From: an uncultured bacterium
Lineage (GTDB): Bacteria; UBA8481
DNA length: 64,000 nt
Direction: 5' to 3'
Assembly (NCBI GenBank): GCA_964499705.1
Contig: CAZCME010000023.1
Coordinates: forward strand, 1 to 64,000
The notes below the pieces were generated by a model. It was not told the DNA's origin and ran no database searches. It saw nothing but the letters and a program-made list of their open reading frames with translations. The translations under genes and the position numbers were made by a program. Positions within the stretch are counted from its first letter, which is position 1, and each line of letters opens with the position of its first letter. Below, one piece after another: positions 56,534 through 64,000 of this stretch.

Positions 56534-57673
56534 TTACGCCGTCTTCTTCTTCTGGCGGTAGACATACGCCAGCACTTCCGCGATCGCCTGATAGAACTGC
56601 GGCGGCACTTCATCGCCGATCTCCACGCCTTTGTACAGCGCCTGCGCCAGCGGCTTGTTCTCGTAAAGCGGTATCCCGTGTTCCTGCGCGATCTGCCGGA
56701 TCTTCAGGGCGATGAAACCCTCTCCCTTGGCGATGACCCGCGGGGCCACCATCATCGACTGGTCGTATTTCACGGCGACCGAATAGTGCGTCGGGTTCGT
56801 GATGACGACATCGGCCGTCGGAATCTCCCGCATCATTCTCCGCCGGGCCATCATCATCATCCGCTTCCGCTGCGCCTGTTTGACCTGCGGATCGCCTTCC
56901 GACTGCTTCGACTCGTCCTTGACCTCCTCCTTCTTCATCTTCAGCGAGTCCTTCCACTGCCAGTGGTTGAAGGCGTAATCCGCGGCGGCGATCACGGCCA
57001 GGAAAAAGCAGATGCGCTTGACGAGCTCAAACGAGACTTCCACGATGAGCCTGATGATCGGATAAGGTTGCATCGACCATGTGGTCAGAAGCTGGGGGAG
57101 ATAGTCGGATATGACGCCGTACGCGATCCATCCGATGAAGGCCACCTTGGCCGTCGACTTAACGAGATTGAAGAGCATGGTCTTGCCGATGACGAGCCGG
57201 TCGATCAGCTTGGAGGGATTCGGGAAAATCTTGTTCCACTTGGGCTGCAGGGGCGTCCAGGAGAAGTGAAATCCCGTCTGCGCCAGGCTCGCGCCGGTCG
57301 TCACGATGATCTCCGCCAAGGCGATCGGCCACAGTACGGCCGCGAAATGAATCATGATCTCGTAGAAGTGGATGATGAGCGACTCCTGCGAAAGCTCCAG
57401 CGTCGACAGGTTTCCCAGGAAGTATTTCAGGTGCCGCACCTGGTAACCCACGAACCGCGGCAGGATGATCATGATGACGATGGCGCCCACCACAAGACCC
57501 AGGACCTGCCCGATCTCCGGTGACCGCGCGAACTGGCCTTCGCCGTGGGCCTTGGAGATCCGCTTCCCGGTCGGATCCTCCGTTCTCCCTTCGTCCTCCG
57601 ACGCGAAGAGCTGGAGGTCGAACCAGAACTCGTCCTTCCATGCCGCGTTCGGCGTACCCGGCTGGAACTTCAT
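56534..57673 (-). CDS. flhB: Flagellar export switch protein FlhB
   Basis: RTEDPT, K.E.K.SEGDP, ITNPTH autocleavage motif; ATG 57673 overlaps the fliR stop. Confidence 0.96.
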   Translation of the reverse strand: MKFQPGTPNAAWKDEFWFDLQLFASEDEGRTEDPTGKRISKAHGEGQFARSPEIGQVLGLVVGAIVIMIILPRFVGYQVRHLKYFLGNLSTLELSQESLIIHFYEIMIHFAAVLWPIALAEIIVTTGASLAQTGFHFSWTPLQPKWNKIFPNPSKLIDRLVIGKTMLFNLVKSTAKVAFIGWIAYGVISDYLPQLLTTWSMQPYPIIRLIVEVSFELVKRICFFLAVIAAADYAFNHWQWKDSLKMKKEEVKDESKQSEGDPQVKQAQRKRMMMMARRRMMREIPTADVVITNPTHYSVAVKYDQSMMVAPRVIAKGEGFIALKIRQIAQEHGIPLYENKPLAQALYKGVEIGDEVPPQFYQAIAEVLAYVYRQKKKTA

Positions 57674-58455
57674 AGATGAGCCAGCACGCCGTGAACCATC
57701 ATGAACGCGCGGAGGAAAAGGTTCTGCGACATCACCATGACGGTGGGCAGGATGAGGATGATGAGGAACATGCCCGCGACGATCTTGATCTGGAAACCCA
57801 CGACCATGACGTTCATCTGCGGCGCCACCTTCGACATGATGCCCATCACCAGCTCGATGAGAAACATCGTGCCCATGACCGGCGCTCCGATCTGGAACGC
57901 GATCACGAACATCTCGTGGATCGCGGTCAGGAGCCCCATCGTGAGGGGTTTCGAGGAGGCCAAGGCCAGTTCCGGCAGGACGCGGAAGGAGTAGACGATC
58001 GCTTCGATCACCATGTGGTGCCCGTCCATGATGGTGAAGACGACGAGCGCGAAGAGCGATTTCAACTGCCCCAGGATCGGGATCGATGTCTCGGAGAGCG
58101 GATCGATCACGTTGATGATGCCGAATCCGATCTGGAGGCTGTAGAACTCGCCGGCCATCAGGAGCGCCGTGTAGTAGACGAGAATGAAGAGGCCGATCAG
58201 GAGGCCGATCAGGAAATCGTCGGCGAGCCGGAGGAGAAGAATCGAGTCGAACGCCTCCCCCACGGCCAGAAAGGGGGAGATGACGGGATACAGGACGAGC
58301 GCCAACCCGGCGGAGAGCCATCCCTTCACGGTGATCGGCGTCTCCTGGATGGAGAAGATCGGCGTCAGCATGAAGATGCCGGAGACGCGCACGAAGATAT
58401 GCAGGTACGGGATCACGTGCGTCTCGAGAAACGCGACCGCCGAATGCGTCATCAT
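57670..58455 (-). CDS. fliR: Flagellar export protein FliR
   Basis: FVRVSG...P, AGE...QIGF, DGHH, K.APQMNV..VGF. Confidence 0.95.
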   Translation of the reverse strand: MMTHSAVAFLETHVIPYLHIFVRVSGIFMLTPIFSIQETPITVKGWLSAGLALVLYPVISPFLAVGEAFDSILLLRLADDFLIGLLIGLFILVYYTALLMAGEFYSLQIGFGIINVIDPLSETSIPILGQLKSLFALVVFTIMDGHHMVIEAIVYSFRVLPELALASSKPLTMGLLTAIHEMFVIAFQIGAPVMGTMFLIELVMGIMSKVAPQMNVMVVGFQIKIVAGMFLIILILPTVMVMSQNLFLRAFMMVHGVLAHL

Positions 58456-58721
58456 GGCGCCAGCTGCGGCAGGGTCATGAGGAGCTTGACGAGGTATTCG
58501 GTCAGCATCCTTAGCATCCAGGGGCCGAAGGCCGCCACGGAGAAGAGGATCGCGAAGAGCTTCGGCACGAACGTCAGCGTCTGTTCCTGCAGCGACGTCG
58601 TCGTCTGCACGATGGAGATGGCAAGACCGACGATGAGGCCGATCGCGAGCATCGGCGAGGAGATGATGATCGTCATGAGAAGGGCGTCGCGCGTCACGTC
58701 CAGGGCCATGTGCTGAGTCAT
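58452..58721 (-). CDS. fliQ: Flagellar export protein FliQ
   Basis: GL.ISI.QTTTSLQEQTLTFVPK, GPWM. Confidence 0.96.
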   Translation of the reverse strand: MTQHMALDVTRDALLMTIIISSPMLAIGLIVGLAISIVQTTTSLQEQTLTFVPKLFAILFSVAAFGPWMLRMLTEYLVKLLMTLPQLAP

Positions 58722-58776
58722 GGATGCTCCTGCGCCATCCTTGGCTCCCGCACCATTTCCTTCATCCCGCCGGTCA

Positions 58777-59688
58777 TCAGTGAAACGACTTCACGATCGA
58801 CATCGCGATCAGGTTCCATCCGTCGACGAGGACGAAGAGAAGGATCTTGAACGGAAGGCTGATCAATACGGGTGGGAGCATGATCATGCCCATCGACATC
58901 AGCGTGGAGGCGACCACCATGTCGATCACGATGAACGGAAGGAAGATGTACACGCCCATCAGGAACGAAGTCGTCAGCTCCGAAATCATGAACGAGGGCA
59001 CGATCACCCAGGTCGCCACGTCACCCGCGTTCTTCGGCCTCGGCATGCCCGACAGGCGGATGAAGAGCGCGAGGTCGCGGGGACGGGTCTGCCGGAGCAT
59101 GAAATCGCGCATCGGCGAAACCGCCGCCTCGTACGCCTCCACGGTCGTGATCTCCTTCGCCTGGTACGGATCCCACGCCTTCGTCTTCATCTCCTGGATC
59201 GTCGGAGCCATGATGAAGAAGGAGAGAAAGAGAGCGAGCGTGGCGGTGACCTGGTTCGGAGGAAGATCCTGCGTGCCCATGGCGCGCTTGATGAACGTCA
59301 TCACGATGACGACGCGGGTGAAGCACGTCACCATCATGACGAGCGATGGGGCGACGGAGAGGAACGTGAGAAGGAAGAGGAACTTGATGCCGAGCGTGAC
59401 ATCCTCGGGATTGTCCGTGCCTTCAAGAAATGTGAGTTTCGGGAGTGCGGACGTCACCGGAAGAACGGCCGGCGCTTCCGCCAGTGAACCGGCGGTTTGC
59501 GGAGTCCCGGCCCGGGTTCCGGCGGGCTGTTGCTGCGCGAGAATCGGAGCAACGGTAGCCAGATACAGGAGTGCGACCATCAGCGCGCGCGCGCAGGAAT
59601 AGCGCACACGGCACAGGCTGGCCTTGCACAGGCATGCCCGTCCCCACCGGATCGCTCCGGTTATGATCGCGGTATTCCCGCCTCCCAT
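58777..59688 (-). CDS. fliP: Flagellar export protein FliP; start uncertain
   Basis: TCFTRV, PPNQV, PSFMISEL, PFIVIDMVVAS.LMSMGM.MLPP..ISLPFK, DGW; GGAG RBS before ATG 59688. Confidence 0.96.
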   Translation of the reverse strand: MGGGNTAIITGAIRWGRACLCKASLCRVRYSCARALMVALLYLATVAPILAQQQPAGTRAGTPQTAGSLAEAPAVLPVTSALPKLTFLEGTDNPEDVTLGIKFLFLLTFLSVAPSLVMMVTCFTRVVIVMTFIKRAMGTQDLPPNQVTATLALFLSFFIMAPTIQEMKTKAWDPYQAKEITTVEAYEAAVSPMRDFMLRQTRPRDLALFIRLSGMPRPKNAGDVATWVIVPSFMISELTTSFLMGVYIFLPFIVIDMVVASTLMSMGMIMLPPVLISLPFKILLFVLVDGWNLIAMSIVKSFH

Positions 59689-59706
59689 GTTGTCTCCCAC
59701 GTTCCT

Positions 59707-59729
59707 ATCTGCGTTCAATCTGCGTTCAA
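59707..59729. repeat. Tandem 11-mer ATCTGCGTTCA x2; core recurs at 63444-63454
   Basis: Read directly from the sequence. Confidence 0.7.
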
Positions 59730-59801
59730 TGCCGGCGCCGCTTTTTTTCTCTCGGCGGCGCTCTCTATCTTTCTGAAATCATGTCTCTCACATCGTGAAT
59801 C

Positions 59802-60476
59802 CTACAGCGCCAGACCACGCAACCTTTCTCTTTCCTTCGCCAGGCTGTTCGCGCACGCCTCGCGTGGAGGCATGTATCCCGCGTCCGGATTTTCCGCTTT
59901 CCCGCGGACGAGCGCGTTCATCGAATGCAGGATCGACGAAAAACCTTCCCGCACGCTTTCCGGGCGGAGCGGCCTCTGCGTCGATCGGGCCAGCCGTACC
60001 TGGTCGAGCGCGTCGCCGCTCAGTTCCGTGATCATCGTGATGTTCTTCTCGCTCGTCCCCAGGACAATGACGCGGCCGCCGATTTCCACGACATTGATGA
60101 ACTGGTTCGGGCCGATCGGCTCCGTCGCGATCCTCTTGACGATTCCCTCTCCCCCGAAGAACGGCAGCTTCGCGCGCTTGCCGAACTTGAAGAGCAGCAC
60201 GATGAGGCCGACGACGAACGCGAGGGACCCCAGCATCTTGATGGCGGAGGAGGCGAGATCGAGCGAGGGAAGCGTGGAAGGCGTTTCCTTCGGAGCGGGG
60301 CCGGCGGCTGCGGGAGCGCCCGGGACGGCGGTCTGATCCAGCGTGCCGCCGGGCTCGAAGAAGGTCTGATCGATGCCGGCGCCTTCCGCATGGGCAGGCG
60401 CGCACGCGAACACGAGGACCAGAACCATCGTTCCGATCGCCGCAAGCGTGATCTTCCCTTTTCCCCGTCCCAACAT
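59802..60476 (-). CDS. fliO: Flagellar protein FliO/FliZ
   Basis: TM followed by PIGPNQFINVVEIGGRVIVLG...I..ITEL; located between fliN and fliP. Confidence 0.88.
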   Translation of the reverse strand: MLGRGKGKITLAAIGTMVLVLVFACAPAHAEGAGIDQTFFEPGGTLDQTAVPGAPAAAGPAPKETPSTLPSLDLASSAIKMLGSLAFVVGLIVLLFKFGKRAKLPFFGGEGIVKRIATEPIGPNQFINVVEIGGRVIVLGTSEKNITMITELSGDALDQVRLARSTQRPLRPESVREGFSSILHSMNALVRGKAENPDAGYMPPREACANSLAKERERLRGLAL

Positions 60477-60513
60477 CTCTTTATTTCCTCCCGCACTGCC
60501 ACCCACTAAGGGG

Positions 60514-61578
60514 TTATGACAACAGTTTCGATCTCTCGATCGGGCTCACGATATCCGTCACGCGGACGCCGAAGCTCTCGTCGATGACGACCACCTCGCC
60601 GCGCGCGATGAGCTTCTGGTTCACCAGCAGGTCGACAGGTTCGCCGGCCAGCTTGTCCAGTTCGATGATGGAGCCGGTTCCGAGATCCAGAACGTCGCGG
60701 ATCATCATCGTCGCCCGGCCCAGTTCCACCGTCACCTGCATCGGCACGTCCATCAGGATATCGATATTCTTGGACTGGATATCCGTCAGCGTCGGCGTGA
60801 GCGTCGGAAACTGGACGGGCCGGATCGCGTCGGACGCGCGGCTCTCTTCCCGGCCCGCCGGTCTCGCCGTCGGCATCCGTACCGGCGCCTTCGTCCCCGC
60901 GATCGCCCGGCCCGCGGACGAATCCAGGACGAAATACATCGTGCCGTTTCTCAAGCCCTCGATCTCGAACCGGTATCTCGCGAAGACGCGATTTCCCCGG
61001 CCGGCCAGGGGCGGTTCATGACCGTTGTCGATCCGCACGTTCAGATTCCCCGCCGACAGGCTCATCCCCAGTTCACGCGACAGGGCGGTCGCCAGGCCGC
61101 TGACGAGCGAGGAGATCGCCTCCTTCGCGGCCGTCTGGTGCAGCTCGTCCATTTCCACCTGCGCGGAACCGTCGCCCCCCATCATGATGTCGGAAATCAT
61201 GGAGGCATCCGGCAGGGACATCGCGAGGGCGGCTGCTCCCATCGCCTGTCCTCCCATTTCAAAATCGAAGACGACACCATTGGAACCCGTTTCCGTCTCG
61301 ATGGCCGCGTCATCGGCCATGTCGATTCCCAGAGGAGTCATCGTCAGCTTGCGGCCAATGAGCGTCGCGGTCACTTCGCATGCGCCGCCGAAACCGCCGC
61401 GGAGGCGATCGGCCAGCGCCTTGAGCTCGTTGGCACCAAGATCGCCATCCTGGATCATCGCGGGTGGAATCGATTGTGCCTGCGTCTTCTGCTGCGTCGG
61501 AGATTCAAACGATGCGCCCGACAGGAGCGCGTCGATTTCCTCCTGTGTCAACATTCCCTCAACCATACCGCGACTCAC
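60514..61578 (-). CDS. fliN: Flagellar switch protein FliY/FliN (CheC-like + SpoA)
   Basis: LTQEEIDALL CheY-binding peptide; DVPMQVTVELG, LDKLAGEPVD, GEVVVIDESFGVR. Confidence 0.92.
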   Translation of the reverse strand: MSRGMVEGMLTQEEIDALLSGASFESPTQQKTQAQSIPPAMIQDGDLGANELKALADRLRGGFGGACEVTATLIGRKLTMTPLGIDMADDAAIETETGSNGVVFDFEMGGQAMGAAALAMSLPDASMISDIMMGGDGSAQVEMDELHQTAAKEAISSLVSGLATALSRELGMSLSAGNLNVRIDNGHEPPLAGRGNRVFARYRFEIEGLRNGTMYFVLDSSAGRAIAGTKAPVRMPTARPAGREESRASDAIRPVQFPTLTPTLTDIQSKNIDILMDVPMQVTVELGRATMMIRDVLDLGTGSIIELDKLAGEPVDLLVNQKLIARGEVVVIDESFGVRVTDIVSPIERSKLLS

Positions 61579-62689
61579 CTCGCTTTCCTTTCGCCAGGAC
61601 CAGGTCGTCCGAATAGATGTCCTCCACCTGGCGCGTCAACTGGACGCCCATCTTGGAGCCGCGCACGAGCCCGGGACGGCACTTGAATTTCGGACGGTTC
61701 TGGACAAAGAGCGTCGCTTCCGAGGAGATGGTCTCGTCCATGGGAAGAGTGTCCCCCTTCGAAAGCGTCAGCAGTTCCCGCATCGTGCACTGGGCATAGC
61801 CCAGGACGGCCACGACCGGCACGGGCGTCTTGGCGAGCCGCCCTTTGATGGACTCGATGGCGTCGCCGGAGCTGCCGCGCCGGATGGCGGAGTACCAGAA
61901 CTGCGCGGAGAGCTTGGAGATGATCGGTTCGAGCGTGATGTAGGGGATGCAGAAATTCGTGAGTCCCTCGACCTCTCCGACGCGGGTATCGAGCGTGATG
62001 AGAACGGCCATGTCATTGGGCGGAACGATCTGGACGAACTGCGGATTCGATTCGAACTGCGACAGGCGCGGCCGGAGGTCAACGACATTCGCCCAGGCTT
62101 CCTTCAGGTCATTCAGGATCCTCAGGATGATCCGTTCGATGACGCCCCGCTCAATGTCGGTCATCTCCCGGGAGAGGCTGATCGGCTTGCCCTTTCCTCC
62201 GAAGAGCCTGTCGATCATGGAAAACGTGATCGCGGGATCCATTTCGAGAACGGCGTTGCCCTTCAGGGGGCTCATGTCGATGACGGCGAGCGTCGTCGGA
62301 TTCGGAATCGACTTGATGAATTCCTCGTAGGTGAGCTGATCGACGGAGGAAACGTGGACGCCGACGAGCGTCCGGAGGCGCGCGGACAGCGCGGTCGTCG
62401 TCAGCCGCGCGAAAGTTTCGTGCATCATCTGGAGCGTGCGGATCTGGTCCTTGGAGAACTTGTCGGGGCGCTTGAAGTCGTAGATCTTGATCCGGCGGCG
62501 TTTCTCCGTCTTGGTGCTCGCCTTGATGGGAGCATGCACCTGGGATGTTTCGCCATCGGAATCGGCCATGAGGTCGCCCATGGAATCTCCGCCACCCCCC
62601 AGCGATGGCGCGCCTCCCTTGTCCGCCTCTCCGCTGGATATCGCGGTAAGAAGGGCGTCGATTTCCTCCTGGGAAAGAACCTCGGTCAC
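61559..62689 (-). CDS. fliM: Flagellar motor switch protein FliM
   Basis: VLSQEEIDALL, YDFKRPDKFSK.Q.R, ESNPQF.QIV, NFCIPY. Confidence 0.97.
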   Translation of the reverse strand: MTEVLSQEEIDALLTAISSGEADKGGAPSLGGGGDSMGDLMADSDGETSQVHAPIKASTKTEKRRRIKIYDFKRPDKFSKDQIRTLQMMHETFARLTTTALSARLRTLVGVHVSSVDQLTYEEFIKSIPNPTTLAVIDMSPLKGNAVLEMDPAITFSMIDRLFGGKGKPISLSREMTDIERGVIERIILRILNDLKEAWANVVDLRPRLSQFESNPQFVQIVPPNDMAVLITLDTRVGEVEGLTNFCIPYITLEPIISKLSAQFWYSAIRRGSSGDAIESIKGRLAKTPVPVVAVLGYAQCTMRELLTLSKGDTLPMDETISSEATLFVQNRPKFKCRPGLVRGSKMGVQLTRQVEDIYSDDLVLAKGKRGESRYG

Positions 62690-63234
62690 TGGAAGATGAA
62701 CTCCGGAATGAACACGCCGTCGAGCTGATTCTTCATGCGCGCGTTCACGGCGCGGATGATCGACGCCTTCAGTTCCGCGATGCCTTCGCTTCTCTGGGTC
62801 GGAGTCCCGACGAAATTCTGCGGGTCAAGTCCCCAGAGCACTTCGTTGATCCCATCGCGCAATTGATCTTTTCTCTCGTCAATCTCCTTCTTGACCTTGT
62901 CCAGGTCGCCGCGTTTCGAATCGACGGTCAGGATGATTTCCGCGCGAAGATTATAGCTGCGGCCCGACGCATCCGTGATGATGGAAGTGAATTGTCCCAT
63001 GGGAACAACCACCGGCGGCTCAGAAAAGGAACGCGAGCGTTCCTGCGAAACACCGGGCTCCACGTTGACTTCACTGCTCCTCATGGTTTTTGTGAGGGCG
63101 ACCGTCGTGTAGAAAACCATGGCGAAGAGACCGACCACGATCGCGAAACCCAGAAGAATCTTGACGATTGTGGATTTGCCGATGCGTTTCTTCGCCGGAG
63201 CAGCGTCCTTAACCTCGACATCCGGTTCAGCCAC
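62686..63234 (-). CDS. fliL: Flagellar basal-body protein FliL
   Basis: Single N-terminal TM, F...I.D, QLRD, LK..I...VN, F.PEFIFQ; GGAGGT RBS; GTGA overlap with fliM. Confidence 0.85.
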   Translation of the reverse strand: MAEPDVEVKDAAPAKKRIGKSTIVKILLGFAIVVGLFAMVFYTTVALTKTMRSSEVNVEPGVSQERSRSFSEPPVVVPMGQFTSIITDASGRSYNLRAEIILTVDSKRGDLDKVKKEIDERKDQLRDGINEVLWGLDPQNFVGTPTQRSEGIAELKASIIRAVNARMKNQLDGVFIPEFIFQ

Positions 63235-63243
63235 AATGCACCT

Positions 63244-63328
63244 CCGATCCCCACGGATGGGGTGAGTGCCGCGAGAGTCCAGGGACGGACGGAGCGGCCG
63301 ATCCCCACGGATGGGGTGAGCGTCGCGA
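63244..63328. repeat. Two 31-bp direct repeats (29/31 identical, period 54), each with a CCCCA-N4-TGGGG hairpin, in the fliL leader
   Basis: CCGATCCCCACGGATGGGGTGAG[T/C]G[C/T]CGCGA at 63244-63274 and 63298-63328. Confidence 0.9.
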
Positions 63329-63705
63329 ATGCATTAAGAAATTATACAGGAATAGAATCCCGTGGCCGCGCCGAAACGCGCAACTCACCGTGGACGAATC
63401 TACCACCTCGGCTGGCGAGGCCCCGAATCTCATATTGTCTCCGTCTGCGTTCAAGCTGCGTGCGTTGTCGTGTTGTCCCCGAGGCAATAACACCTCGAAT
63501 TAGACACAGATAAGCCGACAGCCGCGCCAAGGTCAAGTCATTTGGCGTTAACGCAACAAGTTTCTTTCCCCTGCTTATCCACAAGAATTTCAGTCGCTCC
63601 TGCGCCTTTCTTGGCGAGCGCGACCATGCCCACAACCGATGGGCCGGGGACAGTCCCGGGGTCACGATATGATCATCGGAAGGGCGCAGACGGGACTGAA
63701 ATTTA

Positions 63706-63987
63706 TTAAGGGATTTCCTTCGCCCGACAGCGATCTTTTTCCCGGTTTCTCGCATGCTCGATCCGCAGGCGTTCCTCGGCGAGCTCGGAAGTGAGCGCTT
63801 CCACCACGCCCGCATCACCCGCCAGGCGCGCCGCATGCAGGCGTTCGGCGAAAAGGATCTCTTTTTCGGCGACCTGAGCGAGATACTTCGCGTCGATCTC
63901 CGCCAGCGCGGCTTTCTGTTCCTCGGACAGCCTCGGGCCCGCGTCGCCCAGTCGTTCCATGGCCAGCTCGTAGGATGATTTCAACAT
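63706..63987 (-). CDS. Small conserved-type hypothetical helical protein (KS.YELAMERL N-terminus)
   Basis: AAGGGG RBS; amphipathic coiled-coil sequence. Confidence 0.75.
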   Translation of the reverse strand: MLKSSYELAMERLGDAGPRLSEEQKAALAEIDAKYLAQVAEKEILFAERLHAARLAGDAGVVEALTSELAEERLRIEHARNREKDRCRAKEIP

Positions 63988-64000
63988 GTCCCCTTATTGT

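Noticed and set aside
54791-57523. 910-aa plus-strand ORF (also 45720-47942, 61025-62728, 24540-26225, 28794-30455)
   Set aside because: Antisense shadows of well-supported genes; Arg/His/Asp-biased translation without domains.
57674-58321. N-terminal extension making FlhB 595 aa, or a FliR-FlhB fusion
   Set aside because: It overlaps fliR in another frame; FlhB similarity begins at ATG 57673, coupled to the fliR stop.
63244-63328. CRISPR array (repeat resembles type I-E GGGGAT..CCG ends)
   Set aside because: Only two units, a 23-nt spacer and no cas genes; position fits a 5' UTR element.
63342-63560. c-di-GMP or other known riboswitch upstream of the flagellar operon
   Set aside because: I could not find the GGCAAAC/GAAA/GACGCAAAG consensus or another recognisable aptamer; an Rfam search would be decisive.
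63575-63583. Replication origin (perfect DnaA box TTATCCACA)
   Set aside because: Single box with no cluster, no AT-rich unwinding element and no dnaA/gidA nearby; at most a regulatory site.
63644-63659. Transposon end or RAYT-associated element (GGGGACAGTCCC palindrome; similar core at 10503)
   Set aside because: Isolated short palindromes and no transposase in the window; treated as terminator/REP-like hairpins.

Overview
A 64-kb window from a GC-rich, flagellated, probably diderm bacterium; the lineage cannot be assigned from sequence alone, though FliM/FliY/FlhB look spirochaete/Firmicutes-like. Left to right: (1) tRNA-Asp(GTC), a peptidase M15 gene, a TPR-NHL-VWA gene and tRNA-Arg(TCG); (2) a LacI-controlled glucan locus (two CBM11/CIA30-like lipoproteins, a GH94 phosphorylase, a GH144-like glucanase with CBM9), with four cre-like LacI operators; (3) a surface-structure block of ABC ATPase, permease, accessory gene and type IV pilin, a TMTC-like TPR glycosyltransferase, a ~5,840-aa secreted multidomain protein, and four Tad/Flp-type minor pilins around a rhodanese-MauE/DoxX pair; (4) a ~23-kb minus-strand run fliL-fliM-fliY/N-fliO-fliP-fliQ-fliR-flhB-flhA-flhF-flhG ... 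fliA-fapA-yebC-ruvC-mqnA-PilZ-HEAT-HEAT, interrupted by a HindIII-family restriction-modification pair. The best candidate for an undescribed system is the giant protein: it ends in a T9SS-like/FlgD-Ig sorting domain preceded by a putative HL|S autoproteolysis site, has a second HF|S site, carries many D-S/T dipeptides, and lies divergent from a protein O-glycosyltransferase. Non-coding signals include a shared 28-bp motif and leaderless promoters before both Tad units, a twin-hairpin fliL leader that masks the SD, a shared TTGAACGCAGA/GGAGACAAyATG motif in the flagellar operon, and an inverted copy of the tRNA-Arg 3' end. All family calls come from motif recognition by eye, not database searches.
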